Of a DNA stretch of 64,000 nucleotides, positions 10,370 through 19,521 are shown piece by piece. Within the stretch, counting starts at the first letter, position 1. Each line of letters starts with the position of its first letter. Made by a program: the position numbers and the translations under genes. The stretch is from Candidatus Saccharimonadales bacterium (lineage in GTDB: Bacteria; Patescibacteriota; Saccharimonadia; Saccharimonadales; JBBQAJ01): contig JBBRAK010000006.1 of the NCBI GenBank assembly GCA_038206875.1, positions 253 to 64,252 on the forward strand. The letters are read 5' to 3'. The notes beneath the pieces are model-generated. The model was given only the letters and a program-made list of their open reading frames with translations. It did no database searches and had not been told where the DNA came from.

Positions 10370-10621
10370 AACTACACCTACAACAACTACACCTAAAATT
10401 TTCCTAAAAAGTGAACTGCCAGAATATATCTCAATCCCAGCCCATACCAAAATTGATACAAAAGCAACGTAACCGGCAATAGACTTTAAAGTCCCGACAA
10501 AAAGCTGATTTGAAATTGTTGATATGACCCAAAGTATCAGTGGAAAGTTTGGAAACTGAACAATAGCAACATTGCCATGTTTGTCTCGAAAAAGGTTGTT
10601 CGTCAGTTCAGAAATACTCAA
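10349..10621 (-). CDS. small hypothetical membrane protein
   Basis: 90-aa ORF with three hydrophobic segments. No motif recognised. Its 3' end overlaps the convergent MFS gene by 21 nt. Confidence 0.4.
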   Translation of the reverse strand: MSISELTNNLFRDKHGNVAIVQFPNFPLILWVISTISNQLFVGTLKSIAGYVAFVSILVWAGIEIYSGSSLFRKILGVVVVGVVLFNRFG

Positions 10622-10833
10622 GAGTCTAATAATAACAAAAAAAGACCTTTTTACGGATCTTTTTTTGTCGCTTCAATTCTATTGCTAGAATCGTTGCTAA
10701 TCACCTCACAGTGACTATCAGAAACTATATTACTAGCCACAAATAAAGTCAATAAATTCCGTAGTGAGAGCTACAACGACATTGTTGTAACTTGTGGATA
10801 AATAGCATGTTTATCTCTGTATTCTTCAAATTC

Positions 10834-11217
10834 TCACTCTACTATCAAAGTCCCGATATGGTCTGGGTTCAAATGATTATGAAAACCATTCGTCCCAACG
10901 CTGGAAACACTGAACGTTTCACTCTTGCCTGGAGCAAGTACGCTCTTGTTGAGCTCCTTGTCTTTTGTATGAGTCGGATGATCGTCTGAACTAAACTGAA
11001 GTGACTTAGAAGAATTATTTTTAACTCGTATGGTTGTGCCTGCCTTTACAGTCACTGTGGCCGGCTCGAACCCATTGTCTGTGTAAGTTATTGTATTTTC
11101 TGATGAAACTTCTACGCTAGATGCTGGCTCTGGTTTTTTGCCTGATCTTGATGTGATCACAAACGCACCAACAATTAGCACCAAAACTGCAACTACAATT
11201 ATTGTCAATTTCTTCAC
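10834..11217 (-). CDS. secreted/anchored cupredoxin-like domain protein with HPxH and FHxHLxP motifs
   Basis: 127 aa. GTG start preceded by GGGAGGG, with TGTATAAT further upstream. N-terminal TM anchor followed by a beta-sandwich-like domain (TVKAGTTIRVKNNS ... DDHPTH ... GFHNHLNPDHIGTLIVE). Paralogous to the C-terminal domain of the CyoD fusion at 26121. Confidence 0.65.
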   Translation of the reverse strand: MKKLTIIVVAVLVLIVGAFVITSRSGKKPEPASSVEVSSENTITYTDNGFEPATVTVKAGTTIRVKNNSSKSLQFSSDDHPTHTKDKELNKSVLAPGKSETFSVSSVGTNGFHNHLNPDHIGTLIVE

Positions 11218-11287
11218 TCAAACCCTCCCTTTAACGTGACTACATTATACATGCACTATTCAATTACTTTTTTAATACATCGACTGG

Positions 11288-12097
11288 GTGCATAATGGGA
11301 ACATGGAGCACCGGAGTCCAGACTCGCCAAACAATCTTCCCGTAGATACAAATCAGCACCAACCACTGAAATTAACTGAAATGTATCCAGTCAAAAAAAG
11401 TAACAAAAAGCTTCTTGTACTTGTAATTGTGGGTCTATTAACAGTAATGTTAGTAGTTTATTTCTTCACAAATGGTAAAAAATCAACAAAAAGTACAGCA
11501 ACCTCAAACACAGTGGCCCAAACAGCTCCTGTTGTGGCTGAAAAGGACGTTGAGAATTCAACCGAAACCAAAGAATATGAAAACGGCTTTTTAGGCGTCA
11601 AACTGTCATATCCTTCAAATTGGACCGCAACCGATGCTCCTGGCAACGGAATTAGGGTAGAATCTCCTAACTTTAGCTACCAAACATTGGACAAAGGCAA
11701 AGTGACTGGAAATTTCAGAATTTATATTCGTAAGGGTGCAAGAAGCCAAGAGAGCAAATACATTGGACGAGGCTATGCCATAGAACCATCCGAAACACTC
11801 ACCTATTTAAAACCCGCACTTGGCCAACGCCCCGAGACTTTACTAACATTATTCGGGCTCGACACGCCTGACAATTTTGCATATTTTCTCATAGCCGGAA
11901 ACTACACCCTTGCTAAAGGCGACACTTTGGGGCCGGACTATGGAAAAGAACCTGAGACACACATAATTGTCGGAGGGTTTTCGGCCAAAGAGTTAGAAGA
12001 CGACATGGCGACAAACACAGTCTCCACGGAGCTAATAAAAACTAGCAACGCCTATAAACAGGCTATAGAAATACTAAAATCTCTTCAACTCCGCTAA
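11288..12097 (+). CDS. hypothetical membrane-anchored protein
   Basis: 269-aa ORF (GTG at 11288, first ATG at 11303). One TM helix (LLVLVIVGLLTVMLVVYFF), then a soluble domain with no motif I recognise. Confidence 0.5.
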   Translation: MHNGNMEHRSPDSPNNLPVDTNQHQPLKLTEMYPVKKSNKKLLVLVIVGLLTVMLVVYFFTNGKKSTKSTATSNTVAQTAPVVAEKDVENSTETKEYENGFLGVKLSYPSNWTATDAPGNGIRVESPNFSYQTLDKGKVTGNFRIYIRKGARSQESKYIGRGYAIEPSETLTYLKPALGQRPETLLTLFGLDTPDNFAYFLIAGNYTLAKGDTLGPDYGKEPETHIIVGGFSAKELEDDMATNTVSTELIKTSNAYKQAIEILKSLQLR

Positions 12098-12147
12098 AAT
12101 TTCAGCATTCCTAGCATTTCTCGTGTTTTTATGTCAATATATAGTTT

Positions 12148-13227
12148 ATGACTACCCCTGATGCAAACCGTTCTCCCGAATCTTGGTCGGGGAAACCATA
12201 TACTCCTTCAGATTTCCGGGTGTATTCCCAACTCCGTCAAGAGATGGAAGGCACTTCGCATGGCTCACTTTTTGGTACACGTGAATTTGATGAATCACAT
12301 GACCCGCTGGGGCTTCTGCATTTAGAAAACGCATTCGTACCGTCATATCACTTTGACGCAGAACGATTTGAATATCTTAAACAAGGAATTATTTTCAATT
12401 TATTAATTACAGAACCCTCGTTCGATGTGTTAGTAGATAGCATGGACGAAGCATTGAAAAGCGACGCAGTTGCAGAACATACAGGGCCAGATAACAATGG
12501 TTCGATTTTGTGGGCGAGTAACCACATATCTTATGCTGATATTGCTGCACTGCTAACCGCTAGAACAGAAGTAAACATTCGTCACAAAGTAGAAAATCCA
12601 ACAAATAGAGTTGTTGCGATTATTTCTAGGATTATTACACTGTTCGAATTATCACTACTTGCATCCCGTGATACCGATGAGGGCTTTGTAGTTGATAACG
12701 GCTTACTTCATTTGGCTGGGATTCTACAGACTGTTCCGGCATCTGCTTCTGGCTCCCGTGTCAGACAAATTGTCGGCAGTGGTGATATAAATGAAAATGT
12801 CAGAAAAGAATACAGTCGCTTGCTGAATATTGGGACAGAATTCTTTGTTGCGACGAGTGGAGAGCAAGACAAGAAGGAAGATGGAATGCTGGTCATGGGT
12901 ACCGTTAGCAAAGGAACGGTTGATTTTGCGACCGAACCAAACCAAGTCGATGGGGCTGAGCGCTTGTTAGCTATCCCAGTTTTTATTGACTGCAATCCGT
13001 TTACCCGAGGTGAATTTAGTGGTGCAGTGGCTGCAACTCATAAAATCCTAGAGCCCAGATTCTTGCATGACGAAGCCCAGGTAACAAGTATGATGCTCGA
13101 TATAGCATATGAAGGCAACGTACACAAGCGGTCTGGCACATTACCAATCGCCTATCGCAGACCACAACGCATGAGTCATGTTTTGGGGAGGTTTGGCGTG
13201 GGAGGAACCGCATTTTATAAAGACTAG
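12148..13227 (+). CDS. hypothetical protein with acyltransferase-like HX4D motif
   Basis: 359 aa. NHISYAD fits the HX4D catalytic motif of PlsC/GPAT-type acyltransferases. FFVATSGEQD is a possible equivalent of the FPEGT block. The rest is not recognisable. Confidence 0.45.
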   Translation: MTTPDANRSPESWSGKPYTPSDFRVYSQLRQEMEGTSHGSLFGTREFDESHDPLGLLHLENAFVPSYHFDAERFEYLKQGIIFNLLITEPSFDVLVDSMDEALKSDAVAEHTGPDNNGSILWASNHISYADIAALLTARTEVNIRHKVENPTNRVVAIISRIITLFELSLLASRDTDEGFVVDNGLLHLAGILQTVPASASGSRVRQIVGSGDINENVRKEYSRLLNIGTEFFVATSGEQDKKEDGMLVMGTVSKGTVDFATEPNQVDGAERLLAIPVFIDCNPFTRGEFSGAVAATHKILEPRFLHDEAQVTSMMLDIAYEGNVHKRSGTLPIAYRRPQRMSHVLGRFGVGGTAFYKD

Positions 13228-13322
13228 TTTCCTCAATATTCATCAACTTGAGCTAAACAAATACTTACAGAGGTAAGTTAGTCATCGCAAACTTATTAAA
13301 ATTTCAACAGTCATCTTCAATG

Positions 13323-13736
13323 TTAGAATTTTATGAATATGTAAGGTTTTTGTATATTAAAGCTCCCTCTTGCTCGTTTTTCGTGTGTTTTTATGAGGTG
13401 GGTGTGTTGGTGATTGACTGAACGTTGTTTGCTGTTTATGGCTCTAGCGTAAACATTATAATTTTTGGCTTCGTACTTGCATATCAAGTCCATGATGTCT
13501 TTTCGTTCGCGAGTGGTTAAGTCGTTCATACTACGCACATGACGTTTGGGGATTATTAGCAAATGGTCAGAAACAGCTCTAAGTTCCCAGAGGTCATAAA
13601 AGATTCGGTTCGGTACTACATATGCATATTTGGTAACTTCAACTTTCCGATCATCCATGTCATCTTCGCAGAAAGTGCAAACCTCTGGCTTTGGATAGCT
13701 TTGGTAAATTTTCAAATTTTTACGATAGTGGAACAT
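13323..13736 (-). CDS. HIT (histidine triad) family protein
   Basis: 137 aa with the histidine triad HQHTHLI near the C-terminus and an N-terminal CxxC (CTFC). Confidence 0.65.
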   Translation of the reverse strand: MFHYRKNLKIYQSYPKPEVCTFCEDDMDDRKVEVTKYAYVVPNRIFYDLWELRAVSDHLLIIPKRHVRSMNDLTTRERKDIMDLICKYEAKNYNVYARAINSKQRSVNHQHTHLIKTHEKRARGSFNIQKPYIFIKF

Positions 13737-13761
13737 CTCTACTCTTCATGATAGCAAAATC

Positions 13762-14145
13762 TTAGTGCCAATTGCGTTCTATTTCATGAATTCTATCGTG
13801 GTCGAGACCAAAATGATGACCTATTTCATGCCATAATGTATGTTTGACTTGACTTCTGAGGCTTATCAAATCATGACTAGCGTGAGAGATGGGCCCTTTA
13901 AATATTGTAATCCTGTCAGGCAGGACCAAATTGTACCCGGCTCCTCTTTTGGTGAGTGGAATCCCCTCGTACAGACCAAATAAAGTCTGGTCATATCGTA
14001 ATTTTTGTTTTTGTCGTTGCTCGGGTGTGGGAGAGTCTTCAAAAGTAATAAATACATTTTTCATGCCAGTAATGTACTCCTCGGGCAGTTCGTCCATACA
14101 CTCAGCAATAAGTTTTTCAAATTGATTGTCAGAAATTTTAATCAT
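13762..14145 (-). CDS. zincin-like metallopeptidase family protein (DUF1025-like)
   Basis: 127 aa with HEIGHHFGL (HExxH) and the family-typical LFGLYEGIPLTKRG. Confidence 0.7.
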   Translation of the reverse strand: MIKISDNQFEKLIAECMDELPEEYITGMKNVFITFEDSPTPEQRQKQKLRYDQTLFGLYEGIPLTKRGAGYNLVLPDRITIFKGPISHASHDLISLRSQVKHTLWHEIGHHFGLDHDRIHEIERNWH

Positions 14146-14243
14146 AAAATATTACTTAACAAGTTAAGCATAAATACATTAATCTACCAAGTATCCCCCA
14201 ATCACATTTCCCCTCTCTGTAAAAGGTCGGACCTTTTGAAGTG

Positions 14244-16079
14244 TTAATTTTGTGATTTGTTGTTTTGGCGTTTTCTTTTGGCTTGGTCTAGTTCTTTTTT
14301 ACGGAGGCGGAGAGATTTGGGAGTTACTTCTAATAGCTCGTCGTTTTCTATGAAATCGATGCATTCTTCTAGACTAAATATGACTGGTGGGGTGAGCTGG
14401 ACGACTCCGTCAGATGAGCTACTACGCATGTTGGTCAAGTGCTTTGCTTTACACACGTTTATTTCCATGTCTTCCTGGCGTTTGTTCAAACCGATTATTT
14501 GTCCAGCATAGACTTTTTCGGCGGGGCCTACGTACACAATACCCCGCTCCTCGGCAGTTTGAAGTGAATATGGAGTTGTTATGCCTGCTTCAAATGCGAT
14601 CAATGCACCACTACGAAGTTGGTTCAAAGACGTTCCCATTGGCTGATATCCAATACTAAGACTGTTCATAATTACGGTTCCTTTTGTGTTGGTGAGTAGA
14701 ATGTTTCTCAGTCCAAGCAGTGCACGTGTCGGAAGTTCGTAAACTAGTTTCGTTACCCCTTTTGGGCTGGCAAACTGTTCTTTTAGTATTGCCTTGCGGG
14801 CTCCAAGTTCCATTTGTACCGTGCCAACATGTTCGGCAGGCACTTCAATAATTAGTTCTTCTAACGGTTCTTCTGTAACACCTTCGTGCTCGCGGGTAAC
14901 AACTTGTGGGCGTCCGACTTCAAATTCATAACCTTCTCGACGCATAGTTTCAATTAATACGCTTAAGTGAAGTTCCCCTCTTCCGGATACCAAAAAACCA
15001 ATTCCGTCGTCTGCTACCCGTAAACCAACGTTTGTTTCCAACTCCTTTTGCAAACGTTCACCAATCTGTCGGCTGGTATTAAATTCGCCTTCCGTGCCCT
15101 TGAATGGGCTGGTGTTTGGACCCAAGTAGATTTTTAGCGTTGGAGCTTCAACTTCCATGACTGGCAAAGCTTCTGGTTGCGCAGCGTCTGCAATTGTTTC
15201 GCCAATCTGCGCCTCTGTAATTCCAGTCAACTGTACGATATCTCCCGCAACACCCCCAGGAACTTCAAACTTACTAACTCCGTGACTCATATACACATTG
15301 TCGACCTTTGCTTTGGCAAGTGTGCCGTCTTTTTTGCAAAGAGTAACTGCGTCTCCGGGCTTTACTTTTCCACGACTTATTCTGCCAATAGCATATTTTC
15401 CCTTGAAACTGTCCCAGCCAAGTGCAGTTACTAGCATCTGAAAAGGTTTTTGCAGTTCAATTTTTGGAGCTGGTACGTGCTCAATAATAGCGTCAAATAT
15501 AACTTCCAAATCACCTTTTGATTCGAAATCTGTTGGTGGGTTTGCCCACGCCTTGCCTGCTCTACCTACAGCAAAATAAACCGGATAGTGCAGTTGATCT
15601 TCGTGCACAGCAAGTTCTAGAAACAAGTCAGCAAGCTCGTCTTCTACCTCTTTTATTCGGCTGGCTGATTTGTCAATTTTGTTTATTATAACAATTGGCT
15701 TGAGTTCATTGGCGAGTGCTTTTGATAATACGAACTTGGTTTGGGGCATAGGACCTTCCTGGGCATCAACAATTAAAATGCATCCGTCGGCCATGTTTAA
15801 AGTTCGTTCTACTTCTCCACTAAAATCGGCGTGCCCAGGGGTGTCAATGATGTTTATACGATAGTCACCGTGCTGAACCGCAGTAACCTTGGCAGTGATA
15901 GTAATTCCTCGCTCACGTTCCTGGTCGCCACTATCCATTATTAAATCTTGGCTCATTTCAGCTTGGTGAGCACCAAAAGTCTGTGACTGCTTAAGAAGCC
16001 CGTCAACCAAAGTAGTTTTACCGTGGTCTACGTGAGCTATAATTGCAATGTTGCGAATTTTGGTTGTGTCTTGTGTCAT
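14244..16079 (-). CDS. typA: translational GTPase TypA/BipA
   Basis: 611 aa. N-terminus IRNIAIIAHVDHGKTTLVD, motifs DTPGHADF and NKID, and an EF-G-like domain layout. Confidence 0.95.
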   Translation of the reverse strand: MTQDTTKIRNIAIIAHVDHGKTTLVDGLLKQSQTFGAHQAEMSQDLIMDSGDQERERGITITAKVTAVQHGDYRINIIDTPGHADFSGEVERTLNMADGCILIVDAQEGPMPQTKFVLSKALANELKPIVIINKIDKSASRIKEVEDELADLFLELAVHEDQLHYPVYFAVGRAGKAWANPPTDFESKGDLEVIFDAIIEHVPAPKIELQKPFQMLVTALGWDSFKGKYAIGRISRGKVKPGDAVTLCKKDGTLAKAKVDNVYMSHGVSKFEVPGGVAGDIVQLTGITEAQIGETIADAAQPEALPVMEVEAPTLKIYLGPNTSPFKGTEGEFNTSRQIGERLQKELETNVGLRVADDGIGFLVSGRGELHLSVLIETMRREGYEFEVGRPQVVTREHEGVTEEPLEELIIEVPAEHVGTVQMELGARKAILKEQFASPKGVTKLVYELPTRALLGLRNILLTNTKGTVIMNSLSIGYQPMGTSLNQLRSGALIAFEAGITTPYSLQTAEERGIVYVGPAEKVYAGQIIGLNKRQEDMEINVCKAKHLTNMRSSSSDGVVQLTPPVIFSLEECIDFIENDELLEVTPKSLRLRKKELDQAKRKRQNNKSQN

Positions 16080-16199
16080 TTAAATCAAAAAGCGCCAACG
16101 GGCGCTTACCTTCGCAATATTATAACATAAGCAGACCTATACAAGCAAGCATAAATACCTTCCCAAAGTGATATAATAGAAATACAGTAAGGAGGAAAT

Positions 16200-16328
16200 A
16201 TGGAAAATTTTGCACATCACACCATTCTGCATACATTGAGTATGAGTCTGCCAGTCCTGGTGACAATGGTAGCAACATCGTTAATTACAATGCTTTTAGT
16301 TGTTATGAGAAGGCGCAATGAAAGTTGA
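16200..16328 (+). CDS. candidate 42-aa single-TM small protein
   Basis: Below the ORF-track cutoff. The ATG at 16200 lies 6 nt after TAAGGAGG. My translation is MENFAHHTILHTLSMSLPVLVTMVATSLITMLLVVMRRRNES. The TGA at 16326-16328 overlaps the sodC start by 11 nt. Confidence 0.4.
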   Translation: MENFAHHTILHTLSMSLPVLVTMVATSLITMLLVVMRRRNES

Positions 16329-16839
16329 TTTAGACGCTGGAAACAAGACAATCACCGCCAAGGCAACCGCGAAGGTTGTCGGCCCTGACATTGCGGGAGT
16401 TGCGGTTTTTACCGAATACGACGTGGACGGCTGGAAATATGTACATATCAAATTAACACTTCAGGGTGACCCCAAGGTATTGACTGCCGGAAAGCACGCT
16501 GTGCATATACACGAAAAGGCCGACTGCGAATGTGATGGCTTCAAATGTGCAGGTGGGCATTTTGACCCAGGTCCAAGCGGTAATAGTGACGCTGACGCCA
16601 ATCACGGCTACCATGCCGGAGACCTTCCTAGCATAAGCATAGACGAAAGCGGGGATGGTGAGCTACAAACAATAACTTCGCGCGTTACACTGTCGGATGG
16701 CCCAGTGTCAATTTTGCAACCTACTGAAGGCACATCACTCATGGTACACGGCAAACCGGACCCTTACACTCCTGGTGATACCGGTTCTGGCCACAGTGGC
16801 GGACCACGTCTTGCCTGTGGCAAAATCGAAGCTAGCTAA
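16318..16839 (+). CDS. sodC: Cu,Zn superoxide dismutase (no recognisable signal peptide)
   Basis: 173 aa with SodC metal-ligand blocks HAVHIHEKADCE, GGHFDPG, NHGYHAGDLPS and a C-terminal GGPRLACGKI. Confidence 0.85.
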   Translation: MKVDLDAGNKTITAKATAKVVGPDIAGVAVFTEYDVDGWKYVHIKLTLQGDPKVLTAGKHAVHIHEKADCECDGFKCAGGHFDPGPSGNSDADANHGYHAGDLPSISIDESGDGELQTITSRVTLSDGPVSILQPTEGTSLMVHGKPDPYTPGDTGSGHSGGPRLACGKIEAS

Positions 16840-16876
16840 AACTCAACAATCCATGATAATGCTAGCAAGTTTTCTG

Positions 16877-17995
16877 TTATTGCTTTGCAATTTCTTCCCA
16901 GGGGAGGCCTGGCTTGCCAAAGTGTCCATAGGCAGATGTTTGGGAATATATCGGTCGACGCAAATCTAGAGTTTCTATAATGCCCTTTACCGATGTGTCG
17001 ATTAACTTATCTTTGAAAGCATGAAGTTCTTCTTCGCTGACCGTTTCAGTGCCAAAGGTTTCAATTGTCTGCATGAGTGGTTTTGGCTGACCAATAACAT
17101 ATGCCAGGCCAACTTCACACTTGGTGGCAAGTCCTGCGGCAACGATGTTTTTTGCTATAAAGCGAGCTGCGTATGCACCAGAACGGTCAACTTTGCTGGG
17201 GTCTTTGCCACTAAATGCTCCTCCGCCAACTCTTGCGTAACCGCCATAACCATCTACTACAATTTTTCTACCTGTAAGCCCAGCGTCTGACTCTGGACCT
17301 GGAATGTTCCATAGACCCGTTCCATTGACAGTTATGTTTTCCTCACTTGGAACTACCATATTATATTTATTCAAAACTGGAGTAATGATTTCTTTGATAA
17401 CTCCTACATGAGCCTCCTCCGCCGTAGTGTCTTCGCTGTGAGCGACAGCAATTACCACTTTTTCTACAGCAACTGGTCTGTCGTCTTCGTAACGTATGGT
17501 GACCTGGGCTTTGCCATCTGGTCGAATATAACTGAGAATTCCCTCTTCTCGAACTTCATCAATTCTTCGCGCTAATTGATGAGCGAGCATGATTGGAAGT
17601 GGCATGAGTTCTGGGGTTTCGTCACAGGCATAGCCAAACATCATACCTTGGTCGCCTGCGCCGTCAACATCTACGCCTTGAGATATTTCTGGTGACTGTT
17701 GATGCAGGTAGTTGCTAAATTTTGACTCGCTTGCAGAAAAACCCCATTTAGGTTCCGTGTATCCTTGACGAGTTATTTCACTTCGTACAATTTTTTCCAA
17801 ATCCAGTTTGGCAGTAGTTTTGATTTCGCCAAAAAGACTTATCTGGTCAGCGCCAGCAACGGCTTCAATTCCTCCACGCCCATTCGGGTCTTGTCGTAGA
17901 ATTTCGTCTAATATTGCATCGCTTATGGCGTCGCAGATTTTGTCTGGGTGGCCGGATGCCACGCTTTCGGAGGTAAATAATCTAACTTTTGACAT
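16877..17995 (-). CDS. metK: S-adenosylmethionine synthetase
   Basis: Start moved to the ATG at 17995 (MSKVRLFTSESVASGHPDKICD), which is the conserved MetK N-terminus. The 16-codon upstream extension in the ORF track would read through the leader hairpin. Confidence 0.95.
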   Translation of the reverse strand: MSKVRLFTSESVASGHPDKICDAISDAILDEILRQDPNGRGGIEAVAGADQISLFGEIKTTAKLDLEKIVRSEITRQGYTEPKWGFSASESKFSNYLHQQSPEISQGVDVDGAGDQGMMFGYACDETPELMPLPIMLAHQLARRIDEVREEGILSYIRPDGKAQVTIRYEDDRPVAVEKVVIAVAHSEDTTAEEAHVGVIKEIITPVLNKYNMVVPSEENITVNGTGLWNIPGPESDAGLTGRKIVVDGYGGYARVGGGAFSGKDPSKVDRSGAYAARFIAKNIVAAGLATKCEVGLAYVIGQPKPLMQTIETFGTETVSEEELHAFKDKLIDTSVKGIIETLDLRRPIYSQTSAYGHFGKPGLPWEEIAKQ

Positions 17996-18001
17996 AAAAA
18001 A

Positions 18002-18133
18002 ATCCTTTCTTGGTTTATAGCAGAAAGGATACAAATGTTTCAATATCTTTCCGCCGTTATGCGGTCTAGATGGAGCACCTAACTAAAAAGGTTGCTGGCA
18101 GGTCCACAAGCTAGATCTCTCGCTGCACTCTGT
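18002..18133 (-). promoter_or_regulatory. probable SAM riboswitch (SAM-I clan) with SD-sequestering hairpin in the metK leader
   Basis: The minus-strand leader contains, in the SAM-I order: GAGAG, GGAC, CUGCCAGCAACC, hairpin ACCU-UUUUAGUU-AGGU, GGUGCUCC, hairpin CCGC-AUAACG-GCGG, AAAGAU. After that, a perfect 9-bp stem AUCCUUUCU/AGAAAGGAU (18022-18030 with 18002-18010) occludes the metK SD. I could not assign P1/P2. Confidence 0.5.
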
Positions 18134-18159
18134 ATATTTCGTAAATTGTTAAAGTGCTT

Positions 18160-19056
18160 TTACTTTAGCATGGATTTGTAGGCATGCAAAAGTTTTTTAA
18201 GCGAAGCCTGGGTCATTTTTAAAATATGAGGCGCCACAACATAACCTACGACCGCATAAATAATCCCAGCTACGATATCTATGACGTAGTGCTCGCCCAT
18301 ATAAGCCGTGCCAACCCAAATTAACAAGGGGTATATCCACGCCAGATATCTCCATTTGGTTTTGAACCAACGTGTTACAAAAAGAGCAAACAACATGGAA
18401 TATGCAGCGTGCAGAGACGGCATGGCTGCAACCTGGTTTGGTGCTATTTTGTTATATACGCTGGGAAAATCATGTATCCCAAAAGCAGACCAAATTGCAC
18501 TTGAAACATGAACAATCGGAGGGAAAATATAACCCCTTTCACTAGCAAGCCAAGGAGGAGCTGCCGGAAACGCCAGAAAAGTCAAAAACCCTGCAAACGA
18601 GACAGTTACATAAGTGGTTATTAGCCTCCAGTACTGTTTGGCTTTTGTTTTCCATACTACAACTGCAAGCGTAAAAGGTAGTACAAAATGAAGCGTATAT
18701 GCGCCGTAAAATACGAAGTCATACCACTGAACATGACCATGCCATAATACATTTTGAAGCAATACTGTAGGCAAATGACCAAAAAAAAGCAGTTTGTCCG
18801 CTACAATCATGAAATCGTAATTCACATGAGTGTTTAAGGTGGACGCTAGACCACGGAATGATTCATATACGAGCAGTAACACCACAAACGGAGTAAATCT
18901 TTTTAGAACCTCCACGGCCTGCCCGTATGCCAGTCCACCCAATACTAACAAAATAAATATTTTGTCTGGAGTTGGAAAACTCGGGGTACGAACAAAAATA
19001 CCGACAAAAATTATTGTACCGACAATACCAAGCACTCGTAGTGCTGTTTTGAACAT
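18160..19056 (-). CDS. PAP2 superfamily membrane phosphatase/phosphotransferase
   Basis: 298 aa and multi-TM. PAP2 C2/C3 motifs PSLHAAYS and GEHYVIDIVAG. Confidence 0.75.
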   Translation of the reverse strand: MFKTALRVLGIVGTIIFVGIFVRTPSFPTPDKIFILLVLGGLAYGQAVEVLKRFTPFVVLLLVYESFRGLASTLNTHVNYDFMIVADKLLFFGHLPTVLLQNVLWHGHVQWYDFVFYGAYTLHFVLPFTLAVVVWKTKAKQYWRLITTYVTVSFAGFLTFLAFPAAPPWLASERGYIFPPIVHVSSAIWSAFGIHDFPSVYNKIAPNQVAAMPSLHAAYSMLFALFVTRWFKTKWRYLAWIYPLLIWVGTAYMGEHYVIDIVAGIIYAVVGYVVAPHILKMTQASLKKLLHAYKSMLK

Positions 19057-19070
19057 GAATTTATTGTAAC

Positions 19071-19262
19071 TTATACGTAATCAATATATTGCAAGTATTT
19101 TGGTCTGCGGTAAGTAAGCGGTTTTGAAAATTTACGTTGGCGCAGGGTCTTGGCGTCTGGAATAGTCACCAAAGGAGATTCGATGTAATCCAGCTCAATA
19201 TTTTTTGCAAAATCTAACAATACTTCTGTTGTTTTGGTTTGTTCGTTTGATAAATCTGCCAT
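19071..19262 (-). CDS. small hypothetical protein
   Basis: 63-aa ORF 15 nt upstream of the PAP2 gene on the same strand. No motif recognised. Confidence 0.35.
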   Translation of the reverse strand: MADLSNEQTKTTEVLLDFAKNIELDYIESPLVTIPDAKTLRQRKFSKPLTYRRPKYLQYIDYV

Positions 19263-19408
19263 TACACTCTCCCTTCTCAGGTCATATTATAGACAACTAT
19301 CAGATTGTGCGCAGTGCTGTTGAACACCCAACAATTGTGATTTACATCACATATTTCCAGTCCTCGACATCTGTAACCAAAATCCATATAATTATGCAGG
19401 TTAAACGA

Positions 19409-19482
19409 TGGGGATTGGCCAAGTGGTAAGGCAGTGGATTCTGGTTCCACCATCGGGGGTTCGAATCCCTCATCCCCAGCCA
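19409..19482 (+). tRNA. tRNA-Gln (anticodon CTG), CCA encoded
   Basis: Hand-folded cloverleaf. Acceptor TGGGGAT/ATCCCCA (U1:A72), anticodon arm GTGGA-TTCTGGT-TCCAC, T arm GGGGG-TTCGAAT-CCCTC, discriminator G, CCA. Confidence 0.9.
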
Positions 19483-19521
19483 AGTATTGACTTTTAGATA
19501 TATTAATGTTATCGTTTGCAT

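Noticed and set aside
16306-16328. Programmed or accidental +1 frameshift fusing the 42-aa TM ORF to SodC as an export anchor
   Set aside because: The RRR cluster following the helix predicts that the C-terminus stays cytoplasmic, so the fusion would not export SodC. The sodC ATG is intact. I kept this only as an alternative in the finding.
17996-18043. 16-codon N-terminal extension of metK (MKHLYPFCYKPRKDFF)
   Set aside because: The conserved MetK N-terminus begins at the ATG at 17995. The extension would be translated through the SD-sequestering hairpin of the leader.
19277-19483. 68-aa minus-strand ORF
   Set aside because: It overlaps the well-folded tRNA-Gln on the opposite strand and is therefore spurious.
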